Shown: positions 18,663-30,201 of the stretch, in pieces
Position numbering within the stretch: position 1 is the first letter of the stretch
Layout of the letters: each line of letters starts with the position of its first letter
Assembly (NCBI GenBank): GCA_977018835.1
Contig: OZ361260.1
Coordinates: 1,612,001 to 1,676,000, forward strand
Source: Minutocellus sp. GHC0000111
Taxonomy: Eukaryota
Length of the DNA stretch: 64,000 nucleotides
Direction of reading: 5' to 3'
Made by a program: the position numbers and the translations under genes
The notes under the pieces: generated by a model
The model's database searches: none
Seen by the model: the letters and a program-made list of their open reading frames with translations, nothing else
What the model was told of the DNA's origin: nothing

Positions 18663-21600
18663 TTACATTGCTAGCACGTTTGCAATTTTATGACCCCTGC
18701 GAGCTCGCGCCTTCATAATCTTCGCCGATAGGACCTTGAAAGCATGTCCGGCTGCCGTCTCATCTTCGAACCAGAGATCCATCCTACTTCGCGTCAACCT
18801 TACAGTGTTGCGGGGGACTCCAAACGGAATATCTTCTGGTATAAATACTCCAGGAGATGTCGGACTTGATGCAAACGATAACAGGAGACGCCGAGCCGGT
18901 GACGCACTTTCTTCTGCCGGAGGATCATCCTTCTCTGCGCGCAAACATGAAAGTGGGCAAGAGGATACGACACGGCCATTACCACCGGAGCCGCCCTTTT
19001 CGGGCTCTGCCAATATCATATACTTTCCAAGAATTACCAAGTACAGCGACTGCCATTTGATGCCCTCGGCGACAACGCAGGCTCCTTTATCGGTAAAGAG
19101 CGTCGAACTGTCAGGCGACACTTCGCAAACACACGGAAAAGCGGCTCGACCAACGAGGCCGACAACTGAGCCAGGTTGAGGATGTTGAGAATCTTGGTGA
19201 TAGTAGCGACTGCTGTTACTAGCAGTAGCAGAGCTACCGCCTGAATTGTCCTTCTCTTCATCCAAGAGAATAGATGCAACATTGTCATCCAGCGGGGCAA
19301 AAATACATCGATCGGGTCCACTGCACCCATCATAAGAAGCCTCTTCGTCATCATTGTCCTCGTCACCGCCATCATTGTCGCTCTTGCATAATTTGCCGTA
19401 CAAAGTCGCCAATTGCTGTTGATCGGATGGTATCGAAGTGGAAAAGAAACGCGAGAATGAATCTATTCTCAAATGAGCAAAGGCGCTTCTAGCTCCGCTC
19501 TGTAAGGGCGCGAGTACGTCATCTGCAGAGAGTAAATCGACCGGTTTACGGCATACGTAACCACAAATATCATCCAGAGAGCTTCTCTGCGTAACAGGAA
19601 CGAAGCAGGGACCACTTTGCTTATCTATGTCACCGGATATACATATGGAAGATCGACCCAGAGATTCCACGATAGATTTCTCCTTTGCCAAATACGGATC
19701 GAAAAACAATTGATCCGTAATCAGATCCATTCGGGCGTCATTTGTGGGGTCGGAGCTCTTTGATCCGGACGATCGACCATTCATCGGGAAAGATGGCATT
19801 GCTTTTTCGATACGGTCTGGAATCTGAGCAAGGCACGCCTTTGATTGGCGTACGCGGTGTTCCACGAGCTTGGCTGCTGTTGAGTGTGCCATTTCATCAC
19901 ACACTGCTGCACGGAGCAGAGCATTGGCTGCGAAAGGATTGAACTCAAGATTCCATAATTCATGTGACGGGGAAAGTGTGGCAGTCATTATACCAATACA
20001 TAAGGAAGATATAGTTTCCAACACGTAGTTGCCAACAAATGTTGTTGGCGACTTGATACCCGCTCCGAGGATTATTTTGGATGTGAGATGTTGCTCAATG
20101 GTGGAAAATGCAGCATCTGTAGTAAAGAATGCAAGCTGCTGCAGCGCCGACATGCCATCTGTGCCTCCCAAACAGGCGAGCATTGCGCGTCGATATGGAT
20201 TGTCTTTGGTATCCTGAGCACAATGAGATGGATCGACTGTACTTTGAAAGACATTTGACAATGCAGGCGCTAGGACAAAGACGCATGTCTGATCCATATC
20301 GCCTTGACGAGATATTTCAGTGCAAGATTTGACATCAGCAGAGTCGCTTTCGGTACCTGGAGAATCTTGCCCATAAGCATAAAATTCTATAGCGTCACAA
20401 TCGGATCGAACGCAAACTTGGTTGGCAGAGCCTCTTCTTCTTGACACAACTGCAGGTTTCGCTTTGACAATGAGCCCGCCTTCCGATACAGGTGCCAAGG
20501 GATGGAATAGGGCTGTTAGAAGCAAATGCAAAAGAGGCTTGTTCGTTATCGTGTGAAAGACTGCAGATGCGAGAAACAATGCCGTCTTCGCAGGAGCAGA
20601 GTCTGGATCCGACGTAGTCTTGGCCGAAGGACTGCAGGAAGAATCATCCGACGAAAAGGGATTCTGCGGCATCTCGGGCATTTCTTGGTCGCTTGATGCT
20701 ACGCCTGGAAGATCTCCCGTTGATCCTGGCGGAGTGGGATGTCTCCGCTGCATGAATAGACTCAAGGGCTGCATCAACAGGGGATAAATGAATGTCGCCA
20801 ACATCATTTCAATAGTTTGTTCGTTGACCGACGTCAAACCAACCTTGAGCAAGTCTTCAAGAAGGAGAAGTTCGTCTTGCAAATCGGCGCCAAGGTCTCG
20901 AAATGTATCACAGAGACGTTGTCGCTTGGACTCAAACTGTTCCATTTCATGCAATATTTCATCCACCGTCTTCTTCCCCCTTCCATTTGACACCACCGGT
21001 CCAGACTGTAAAGCACGAAGGTTGGCAACACATCGCCTTTCCTTGGCATCGAGTTCATCGAAATTCCGGATTGATTCACTAATCGCCCCACAAAGGTGTC
21101 CAAGTTTCATAAATATTGGCGAAACTAGGCTCTCCACTCGTTCAGGAACACACACATGACTAGCAATTGCCATCCTCTCTCGGAGGGGTAGCGCTGCAGA
21201 CTTGTGAAGAGCGGCATCCGGCGACTTGAACGACGGACCCTTACTTTCATCACCGCTAGCGCTATTTTTGTCGTCATCACCACTAATGACAGCTATTCGC
21301 AACGTATTCAGACATATGTTCATGGCTGTAACGCGAACGAACGAGTCTTGATCTTTCGAACAGAATTGTAAAGCTCGATCATATAGCGGGAACTTCACCT
21401 CTTGTACCTCTGGTTGCTTCAAAGGGATTCTTTCAGTCTCTGATTCCTCATTGGCAGCTCTTGGTGTTATAAGACCACCATCAATATCCTTATCGGCATC
21501 AATATTGGCATTCTCTGTCGTATTCACCGTCATCTTGTCCGCCGCCAGTTCTGCCAAGTCACTCAATGATGATCCGCTGTTTGATCGACTAACGTTCTTG

Positions 21601-23078
21601 CTCCCCGTATGCTCAGGATATGTCAAAAAGAATTGCAATGTTTCTTCGTTCATTCTCATGGCCAAGCTCTTGAGAAAACTGACAAAATGTGTCGTTAACT
21701 CAGCCATTTCAGCACTAGCGTCGCGTCCAGCACTACTACTCTGCTGATGTCGGAGCACATTACGACGAGAACCGTCGGCAGCCGCTGTTTTATGGACTTC
21801 CTCCTCGGCCATTTGGTACAAACCCAGAGGCAAGTTGATGAGATCATTGACGCGATTGTTGGACATGAGAAAATATAGGGAAGTGACACGAACAACATTT
21901 TGAAGAAGGATCGATACAGACTGCACAGCTTGAGTGGCAATCGACATTGGCGGAAGGAGGACGACGTTATCATCGTCGTCGCTATCCTCTTCAATATCGC
22001 CTGTGTGACCATCGGGTGCTTCCGCCGGACGAGTAGTTCCAAAGTTCGTAGACGAGGATGCACATTCCATATCGGCGGTGGAGGAAGCCGTACTGGTATC
22101 ATTGTCATCCACGAGCGCACCGCGAAAAGCTTCACCAGTCGTCAACCTAACAATGGTGCGCAATCCTTCTCGTTCACAAAAGCATTCGAAGACGGCTTGA
22201 TGGGCATCGTACTCGGCCATGGGATCATCCTGCCGCGGCTGATCTTCGCCATCGCCCGTGACATTGGCACCCATCTTCTCTGCCCTACCAAGAGCTGCTG
22301 ATGCCGCCCGCTCTCCCTGGACGACCAATTCGGCCGTCCTTCTCAACAGCTCCACCAGTTCAGCCTCAACTTCGCCATTGAAGGGCACAAAGCGTGCCGT
22401 CTGTGGTTGCTTTGGCTTGGATCTATGGTGTTGTCGTCGCTCATTCTTGTCGGTTGTTATAGTACCGGATGCTTCCCCCAACTCCTGCTGTTCTTTCTCC
22501 GCCTGTATCCGCTTGGCCTTTTCATCCATCTCATTGGACACCTCCGCCATGAACTGATTGATGATGGCCGTCTCATCCGCCTCGGTCGATACCAGTACAT
22601 CCTCCTCCGCACTACCTGCTCTCCCCTCCCCTTGTTTGTCACTGCTATGATTGCTATTGCTGTTATCATCGCCGCCAGCTGCAGCGGCAGCACCACGAGC
22701 CTTCCCAGCCCCAAAGCCAAAGCGCCGAATGCTGCCCTGCCGGCTTGCACCGGGCAACCGCCGTCTGCTCAGAGTTCTTCCTGTAACACCACCGCCGCCA
22801 TTCTCCCCGGCCGTCGATGATTCATCGGCACCAGCTCCAGTGGTGGCACCGGCACTGGCCGTACCTTTGCTACCGCCCCCGCTACCGCCGCTGCCTCCAT
22901 CCTTGCCACCGGCCCGCTCGGTCCGATATGCGTCAACGGCCTGCGATACCAACGCATCGATCCGATCGAGGGCGGCGCGGAGCTCCAGCAACGGAGGCTG
23001 CTGCGGCTCGGAGGGGGCACCGCCCCTCCTCCCGTTCCGACCGGCGCGGTTCGAGGACTGCCTTCTCACCGATCGCAT
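18663..23078 (-). CDS. CLEC16A: CLEC16A / TRANSPARENT TESTA 9 family (FPL domain)
   Basis: LVELLRRTAEL, SLYFLMSNNRVNDLI, FVSFLKSLAMRMNEETLQFF, FPLYDRALQF, SFVRVTAMNICLN. Confidence 0.88.
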   Translation of the reverse strand: MRSVRRQSSNRAGRNGRRGGAPSEPQQPPLLELRAALDRIDALVSQAVDAYRTERAGGKDGGSGGSGGGSKGTASAGATTGAGADESSTAGENGGGGVTGRTLSRRRLPGASRQGSIRRFGFGAGKARGAAAAAGGDDNSNSNHSSDKQGEGRAGSAEEDVLVSTEADETAIINQFMAEVSNEMDEKAKRIQAEKEQQELGEASGTITTDKNERRQHHRSKPKQPQTARFVPFNGEVEAELVELLRRTAELVVQGERAASAALGRAEKMGANVTGDGEDQPRQDDPMAEYDAHQAVFECFCEREGLRTIVRLTTGEAFRGALVDDNDTSTASSTADMECASSSTNFGTTRPAEAPDGHTGDIEEDSDDDDNVVLLPPMSIATQAVQSVSILLQNVVRVTSLYFLMSNNRVNDLINLPLGLYQMAEEEVHKTAAADGSRRNVLRHQQSSSAGRDASAEMAELTTHFVSFLKSLAMRMNEETLQFFLTYPEHTGSKNVSRSNSGSSLSDLAELAADKMTVNTTENANIDADKDIDGGLITPRAANEESETERIPLKQPEVQEVKFPLYDRALQFCSKDQDSFVRVTAMNICLNTLRIAVISGDDDKNSASGDESKGPSFKSPDAALHKSAALPLRERMAIASHVCVPERVESLVSPIFMKLGHLCGAISESIRNFDELDAKERRCVANLRALQSGPVVSNGRGKKTVDEILHEMEQFESKRQRLCDTFRDLGADLQDELLLLEDLLKVGLTSVNEQTIEMMLATFIYPLLMQPLSLFMQRRHPTPPGSTGDLPGVASSDQEMPEMPQNPFSSDDSSCSPSAKTTSDPDSAPAKTALFLASAVFHTITNKPLLHLLLTALFHPLAPVSEGGLIVKAKPAVVSRRRGSANQVCVRSDCDAIEFYAYGQDSPGTESDSADVKSCTEISRQGDMDQTCVFVLAPALSNVFQSTVDPSHCAQDTKDNPYRRAMLACLGGTDGMSALQQLAFFTTDAAFSTIEQHLTSKIILGAGIKSPTTFVGNYVLETISSLCIGIMTATLSPSHELWNLEFNPFAANALLRAAVCDEMAHSTAAKLVEHRVRQSKACLAQIPDRIEKAMPSFPMNGRSSGSKSSDPTNDARMDLITDQLFFDPYLAKEKSIVESLGRSSICISGDIDKQSGPCFVPVTQRSSLDDICGYVCRKPVDLLSADDVLAPLQSGARSAFAHLRIDSFSRFFSTSIPSDQQQLATLYGKLCKSDNDGGDEDNDDEEASYDGCSGPDRCIFAPLDDNVASILLDEEKDNSGGSSATASNSSRYYHQDSQHPQPGSVVGLVGRAAFPCVCEVSPDSSTLFTDKGACVVAEGIKWQSLYLVILGKYMILAEPEKGGSGGNGRVVSSCPLSCLRAEKDDPPAEESASPARRLLLSFASSPTSPGVFIPEDIPFGVPRNTVRLTRSRMDLWFEDETAAGHAFKVLSAKIMKARARRGHKIANVLAM

Positions 23079-23865
23079 GGCGGTGGCAATTTATTTATAT
23101 CCTGCTGCTCGTTGGCTTTGCGTTAGGTTTCACTTGTTTTGGCCGAGTTCGAAGGAAGCTGGGCGGGGATCGGTATACCCTTGTATCGGTATGAAAGGTG
23201 CCGGAAATAATATGTGATCGGACGAGGGGATCCCAGTTGATCTCACCCAGACCGAGTGCCTCCTCCACCCGCACTGTTGGCCCCGAGAGTGTGACCTGTT
23301 GTTGTGCTCGCGAGGCCGCCACCGATATGCTCTGCAATTCGATATGCGCAGGCAGAGCAGCAGGAGGCTGCCATGAGCGAGCAGAGCAGGCTCGAAGGTC
23401 GAAAGGCGCCGTCATCATCAATCGTCGCCGCCGTCGTCGCGCGTCGAGGGCTCGTCAGACGACAGAGTGACGTAATAAAAACGAAAATATTTCGGGATGC
23501 GGCAAGATGGAAGCATCGCGTCATTCTCGTCAATCCGCCACCGCCACTCGACGCCCGTTGATTTGATTGACGCTTTCATTTCCGCCGTTGTTCTGGCCGA
23601 GTGAGTTAATTGAGCGGTACTTCGTCGTACTACCACAAGACCTCCTCACCCTCGACCGTCGCACGGTAAATAATTCTTTGTAGCGGCCCAATCTTTGTTG
23701 TCGCTGTTATCATATTCAGCTGCTGTCTGTTCATCCCCAAAGTGGCATAAACGACAAGTACTGACAGACATTCTTGCACGGTCAGTGTCACAGCGCTCAA
23801 GACTTTGCTCGAAGAGGGAGCGCAAATACATTACTCCACGCCACAAACACCAATAGACAAAGCCA

Positions 23866-26751
23866 ATGGCAGGGGATAATGCCGCATCCGCTGGTGCCGA
23901 TGCCACTCAGAAGCGGAACAGACGGCGGCGCAACAATGCCAACAACGCCAACAACAATACTCGTCACACCAACAAGCCCGCAGGTACTGGCGGCGGCGGT
24001 GGGAAGAAGGCCGGCCGACCAAGGAAGGGAAGCAAAGACGACGGTATGGGCGGCGATGGTCACAATAATGGCAACCCTGAAAAGAAGCAGCAGGCCAAAA
24101 ATGCGAATGGACATGGACACGGACACGGCAATGCTCATCATCATCAGAGGCACCACAACCACACGGCCCACCGGCATCATCACAAGAAGCCGGCGGCCCT
24201 CATGACTGTCATTATCAACCGCGTCGATCTGTACGACGGTGCCGTGGCCGCCAAGGTTGCCAGAGAAGAGATGGAGGAGGCAGCGGAAGCTTCGGGAGGC
24301 AATGCTCACAATGTCAATGCAGGTCTTGATCAGCAATCGCAACAGGCGAATAATACCAATACTCGCAATAACGACAACAACAATGCCATGAGCGCCGAGC
24401 AGAGGTCGGCCATGGAGGCCGAGGCGGAGCTGATGGCGGCGGCCCAGGCGGCCATGGCGGCTGGATTGGGCGGTGGGCCAGGCGGTGGTCCACCACTGCC
24501 ACCGCCACCACCACAGGCACAACAACAGATGCACCCGATGATGCATCCACAGCATCATCCACAAATGATGATGCCGCCACATCCCATGCATCATCCGATG
24601 CCTCCCTATCCCATCCAACCTCACCAAAACCCCCACCAGCCGATGAACCATAACAATATGATGCCAATGATGATGCCACCGCAGCCACCGGTGATGCATC
24701 CTGGTAATCCCACTCTGCCTGGACAGGGAGCAGGAGGAATGTCTATGCATCATCCACCACAGATGATGCCGCCGCACAATAACATGAGCGGAGGTGGGGG
24801 GATGATGATGATGATGATGGGAGGTCCACAAGGAGGTGCAATGATGATGCCCCCTGGCCCTGGCTACGTGGACCAATTTGGCCGACCATTGCCGCCGCCA
24901 CAGCCGCAGTCTCAACCCCAATCGCAGCCTCATTCTCAACCTTCCAGTAAGCATCCCTCGGCACCGCCATCGCCGAAATCGCAGCCCTCATCGGCCGGAC
25001 CGACCCCACCGGCCTCTCCCAGCCTAAAGCCGAAAAAGGAAAAGAAGAATAACAAGAAGCAACAGCATCAGCATCATCATGGATATCCGGCCGTTTCGCG
25101 CTACTACTTTCGCGCGGCCTCGACGGCCACGGCGTCGTCAATTGGAGATGACGATTACTACTACTCGTGCGTGTCCGATGCCGATCAAGCCGGCGACGTC
25201 AGTGATCGCGGTGCAACGAGCGAGCCCGTCCCCTCAGAGTATTCATCTCATGACCACCACGGCGATAACGGAACCGGTGGTGGTGATGATAAGGGGGGAA
25301 ATGACAGTGGCGACGCTACTGCTACCGATACTGCAGGAGGAGGAGGTAAGGACGGGGTGGCGGTCGTCCGTGCTCCGCATCTATCCCACACGAAGCAGTC
25401 CTGCTGTGTCAATTTATCCCACTTTTCGGGGGCGCACTCGCATTATTGCACACCCAATCCGTACGGTGCTCTTCCAGGATGTGAGATGGTGGTCGATAAC
25501 ATCACGCCCAATCCTCATCCGACGTGGGCCGTTCACAACAAGTACTGGGCTCAGCGTCGGCGCTTGTTTTCCAAATTTGACCAAGGTATCCAGCTCGATA
25601 GCGAGGGGTGGTATTCTGTCACCCCAGAGATCATTGCAGATCACGTCGGTGCAAGATTTGCCCAGCTCAGCGCCGCATTTGCAGCCCGGGGTTGCGGTAG
25701 TCGTTTGCCTTTTATGAACGGAGGCGGTCAGCAGTATGGTAATGATCCTCTAGGCCTTTTGGGCGGTCCGGGGCCCGATGATACCGGAAACATGAGTGGT
25801 GTAAATGTCGATATATCGACCGGTGGAGGTGGCTTGGTTATGCTCGACGCATTTTGTGGATGCGGAGGCAACTCGATCGCTTTTGCAAAGCTCCCATCGA
25901 CGTATGTTTCACAAGTGGTATGCGTTGACTTGGATCGCAACAAGCTTCGCAATGCAGCCCACAATGCGTCGATCTACGGTATTCCCACCGACAAGCTCAT
26001 CTTTATCGAATGCAATACTCTCCGTGTCCTCGAAGGTTGCTATCGCCATGGTCGTCGGGGTGATCCCGCAGACAGTGGGTATTCCCGCGAACCTGACCTC
26101 GCCGCCGCCGCAGTTGAACGCGTCGCTGGTTACCTCATCGGCGGGGAAGACTTACTCCCTCCCCACATTGATGCTGTCTTTATTGACCCTCCGTGGGGTG
26201 GTGTAGACTACTATGGCCAATGCGGAAAACATGGCTACGATTTGGAGAAGAACATGAAGATTAAAAGGGACAAGGGAAAGGATGACAATGATCCTTCTCT
26301 CGCGAGAACGAATAGTGTGAGGAAGCTATCCGGTGCTAGTTCATGTGACGAAGACTTGCTGGGACCCCCCCTTGAATCTGCAGGAGAGCAAGATGCTGGC
26401 GACAATAATGGCAGCGGTGGACTTGATGCCTTCTTCGATTCCTTTGATACCGGTCCAGCGCCAAAAGTATCCAGAGCTCTGGGCGCCAAAACCATGTCGC
26501 AGACCTGTCGCGACCTCGCCGGCGAGGATTGCGTGGATGGCGCCGAGCTACTCAAAATTGCAGCCGAGGCGACAAGGAGTCGAATGGTATTGTATGATAT
26601 GCCCAAGAACACCAACAAGGAGTCTCTTGGAAAGGCCGCTTTGGCAGCTGGTTATCGAGGAAATATCAAACTCGAAGAACATTATTTGAATGGGCGTTTG
26701 AAGACCGTCACAGCTTACCTTTCGAGTTCAGAGGATTTGAAAGTGACGTGA
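23866..26751 (+). CDS. TGS1: Trimethylguanosine synthase; last about 10 codons supplied by an inserted transposon
   Basis: KYWAQRRRLFSKFDQGIQLDSEGWYSVTPE, DAFCGCGGN, DPPWGG; long M/P/Q/H low-complexity N-terminus. Confidence 0.92.
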   Translation: MAGDNAASAGADATQKRNRRRRNNANNANNNTRHTNKPAGTGGGGGKKAGRPRKGSKDDGMGGDGHNNGNPEKKQQAKNANGHGHGHGNAHHHQRHHNHTAHRHHHKKPAALMTVIINRVDLYDGAVAAKVAREEMEEAAEASGGNAHNVNAGLDQQSQQANNTNTRNNDNNNAMSAEQRSAMEAEAELMAAAQAAMAAGLGGGPGGGPPLPPPPPQAQQQMHPMMHPQHHPQMMMPPHPMHHPMPPYPIQPHQNPHQPMNHNNMMPMMMPPQPPVMHPGNPTLPGQGAGGMSMHHPPQMMPPHNNMSGGGGMMMMMMGGPQGGAMMMPPGPGYVDQFGRPLPPPQPQSQPQSQPHSQPSSKHPSAPPSPKSQPSSAGPTPPASPSLKPKKEKKNNKKQQHQHHHGYPAVSRYYFRAASTATASSIGDDDYYYSCVSDADQAGDVSDRGATSEPVPSEYSSHDHHGDNGTGGGDDKGGNDSGDATATDTAGGGGKDGVAVVRAPHLSHTKQSCCVNLSHFSGAHSHYCTPNPYGALPGCEMVVDNITPNPHPTWAVHNKYWAQRRRLFSKFDQGIQLDSEGWYSVTPEIIADHVGARFAQLSAAFAARGCGSRLPFMNGGGQQYGNDPLGLLGGPGPDDTGNMSGVNVDISTGGGGLVMLDAFCGCGGNSIAFAKLPSTYVSQVVCVDLDRNKLRNAAHNASIYGIPTDKLIFIECNTLRVLEGCYRHGRRGDPADSGYSREPDLAAAAVERVAGYLIGGEDLLPPHIDAVFIDPPWGGVDYYGQCGKHGYDLEKNMKIKRDKGKDDNDPSLARTNSVRKLSGASSCDEDLLGPPLESAGEQDAGDNNGSGGLDAFFDSFDTGPAPKVSRALGAKTMSQTCRDLAGEDCVDGAELLKIAAEATRSRMVLYDMPKNTNKESLGKAALAAGYRGNIKLEEHYLNGRLKTVTAYLSSSEDLKVT

Positions 26752-29700
26752 TGATGACGTATTAGAAACACGACCACACCAGACCAAAAATCCAAGCTCA
26801 CTTTTTCTAACTCCGAGGAATAAATGACGGCCAAGATGGAAGTCGGGGCAAGAACCAAGTTATGGTCACCAACTTCTACATATAGTCGAGAGATATTGTG
26901 CACCAGAACCAATAAATGTACATTATGTGATGATTTTTTTCGACATTTGCATTCCTCACCCCGGGAAAAAATACATTTTTGGAAGCACCAAATCAAAATG
27001 TAATGAATAGAAATGGACATGCTATGATAAGTTATAGCAAATCAATGACTCCATCGTCTTCATCATTTTCATCTATGTCGTCCTCAATGTCATCATCTTC
27101 GCCGGGAGCATCAATTGGCCAGAGTGGTTCACCATCCTCTTCAGCTTCTTCCTCGGCAATTTTTGCGCGAGACCAGCCTTTCCCCGTCTGGTCTCCACAA
27201 GATTGTTACCGCCACGACTCCTCTTGATGTTGTTATATATCACTGGAAGTTTTCCAAATACATTGAGAAAGGCCTCTTTTGATGCGACATTGGCCCATAC
27301 TTTCATCACAGTCTTGTCAAGAGCATTCGCATCATTCTTCTGACCGCGATGCTCCTTTTCGACGGCCGACTGCAAAGACATCCAGATGCCGAGATCAAGA
27401 ACATTTGTCTCGGGCGACCGAGGAACCTGCTGGATTATCTCAATCTTATATTTGTTTTTGAGGTCCTCGGTGTACTTCTCAACTGCTTCATTGGACCCAT
27501 GACCGCCGGCATTGTCCATCATAAGATATATAACATCAGACTCCTCAATATTTTGTGGATCCCACTTCACCCAATGATGTGCGTCTCGAATCGCCTTCCC
27601 GACCTCATTCATAGTCTCCAACATCCATTTGGAGTCGCAGCTACAGTCCTTGGTAACCTTATCGCCCCGTTGACACCGCACCCCGAGCTCAAGGTCGTCG
27701 ATCTCAACCTTCACCTTCTCTCCATTGCTATCAGGAGTGTGTCGCTTGAGACTCGAGATCTTTTGATTGTAGCCAACAGCGGCATGCTTGCGACTTTTTG
27801 CCTGACCGTCGGATTTATAGTCCTCGTATTGAAGTTCCAATCGCTCTGTAACAAACTCAGAAAGGCCGTAGATTTTTCGGCAATGTGGTCGCAAAGATGG
27901 CCGGCGGTCATGTCAGCATTCTCGTCGTAAATGTCGCGCCAATCTTTGTCATTTTTTAGCGCATCGTTGACCTTAGCATCTGGAGAGAAATTCTGATTAC
28001 GCGTAAGCTTTTCCACCTTCTGCTCCCTGGCGACTCTCTTGATCATGATGCGCCCATTGAAATCAACGTCTTTGGTTTCATCCTTCATTGGTCGGCCAAC
28101 AACTCCAAGATACATGACTTTGACAGGGTGTCTTCTGGATCGAATTTTCGGGCTTGCCTCGGAAGCATGGATAGACGCGAGGTTCGGACTGCTTAGTTCT
28201 TCGTCAGAAAGTGGCAACATCTTGATGTTTCGTCGCCGAGTAGTAGTGTAAAACCACTTTTCATCAAGATACGCTACAGGAATGTTGGGATCGGTCGCAA
28301 TGTCCTCCCACTTTTCGGTCCAATCAAGTCGCTTCCTACAATATTCGGGGGGGTGAGCCTCGGCTTCTCGATCGACGACTTCTCCTTACCGCCTTGCTTT
28401 TTCCACCAGCGAAAAAGCTGAAGACGATGGAGACTAATTGTCAGCCTATCTTCATCTGGAGTAGCTGATTTTGCGCTCATGCAGTCAGCTAGCTCCTTAA
28501 AGGTTGCCATCGCACCCTTCATCCGAGTAGCATGCCGACACAGCTCGCGGAGACATCCTGGCTCCTTCTCCTCGATCATGTCCGTGCATGCCTTCCTTCC
28601 ACGAACCTCCTTTCTGCCGATGGGATTGCTGATGCCATCAGCAAGGCTTTTGTAGAGCTGGTCTCTCCACTTGTAAAGCTGAGAACCACCGGTTGACTTG
28701 GCATAACCGTGATCGTGCGCAACTTGCCGACACGCGGCAGTTGCAATTTGTTGCCGGTCTTCACACGTGCGAGTTGGGTCGCCGCATCCCCACCAATCCG
28801 CGAGAGCCACGGCGCTGAACCGCATTCTTTCATTCGCCTGCTTTTCTTTTCTGATTGGTATTGGTTCGGTGACGGTTGCATTGGGACGAGGAGGACGGAG
28901 CATGTCATCGTTGGCCATCCGAACAACAAAGTCGAGGCCGAGAGCGACCTTTACCTGTTCATCAATGTCACTGGAGGTGGCACAGACAACGGAAGTATCG
29001 GCTCCTCCTAAACCTTCATCACTGGGGGAGGCTGCAGCTGCTTCAGTGGCGGAAGTATCACCAGTTCCCTTCAGCATGCTGAGGAGACTTGCTGGCATCC
29101 AACCCAGTTTCTTGGCCTCGTCGACTAGTGATTTTACTACTCTTGCTTCGCAATGCGCTGACTGCACCTCCTTTCTGTGAGCTGACAACCTCTCACCTAG
29201 CTTAGTAGCTAAGACAGTCGAGCGCCCAGAGAACAGAACTTCATCGGGATTTCTTTTCTCGTGCACCTTCTGTCCCTCCGGTCCAGAGAATTTCGGGTGG
29301 TTGTCCTCCTTCTTTTTACGCAACCTGTGAGCACAAACATGAAGCGCCCTGCGTCTTGTCTTCCCTCTCGGCCGACACGCCGACAAGTGCAACTTCAAAC
29401 TACAATGCTCCTTGAGATGTTGCTGCATATCCTTCCATTTTTCCTCGTTGTACTGTAGCTCATACTTTCCTCCACCGACGGACTTGGAACGCAACAAGTC
29501 GGCCTCGATGAAAGCAGGGAGGACGTCTTCCCATTTCTGCCGAGAACCAACACAAATGTCATCTTTGCCGCAGGAATCGGGGGTCACTCTCCACCACAGA
29601 TCCTTACCAGCCCTTCGAATGACATCTGCTGCAAGGAGAAAGGCCATGGGGATAGGAGGAGGGGCCGTCCTCTTCTTCGCCGACGACGGTGACGGTTTGG

Positions 29701-30165
29701 CGGGGGCGAATTTGACCGTGGCCGCTTCTTCGACGTGTTTGCGCTCGGCGATGGTGTTTTCGGCTCAGCTGCCGCCTTTGCCGCCTTCCTGGATGCCTTG
29801 GTGTTGCCTCTCTTGCTCCCTGAGAACGAAGTTCTGCTGCGTTTGTATTTTTTGGGCGTGGTCTGGTTGGTCGTCGTCATCGTCACAAAATTTGCGGGTT
29901 GCGGTGAGGGTGTGCGGGGACCAAAAAATATATGTGTTCCTGCCAGAATCTACTGGACCTGCGAATTCAGTGGATACTACTGGTCGGTGGCAACCTACTG
30001 AATGAGCAGGTCCAGTAGATATCCACGAGTTGAGGAGTATTTGCGTTCCTCCCGAAGAGAATATCGACTAACAAAACACGTGGTGGGAAATGAGAAATGG
30101 GTGCAAGAATGACCTTTTTTAGGGGTTATTGGTATACCCTCTACAAATCCTCTGAAACCGAAAGG
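26718..30165 (-). mobile_element. Tc1/mariner superfamily DD39D-type transposon (3448 bp)
   Basis: 22-bp TIRs at 26718-26739 and 30144-30165 (20/22 match); TA TSD at 26716-17 and 30166-67. Confidence 0.92.
27032..29880 (-). pseudogene. DD39D transposase with long N-terminal extension, frameshifted
   Basis: YLDEKWFY, KVMYLGVVGRP, MMDNAGGHG-x-QVPRSPETNVLDLG (39 residues between D2 and D3). Frameshifts near 29700, 28350, 27870 and 27170. Confidence 0.88.
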
Positions 30166-30201
30166 TACTTGGGAACTGACTTCAGCGACTTACTGCACTG
30201 A
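30166..30201 (+). other. TGS1: Displaced original 3' end of TGS1 (YLGTDFSDLLH*)
   Basis: Removing the element and one TA restores GCT TAC TTG GGA ACT GAC TTC AGC GAC TTA CTG CAC TGA in frame. Confidence 0.85.

Noticed and set aside
23797..24954. 385-aa His/Trp-rich minus ORF
   Set aside because: Antisense of the TGS1 Met/Pro/Gln repeats.
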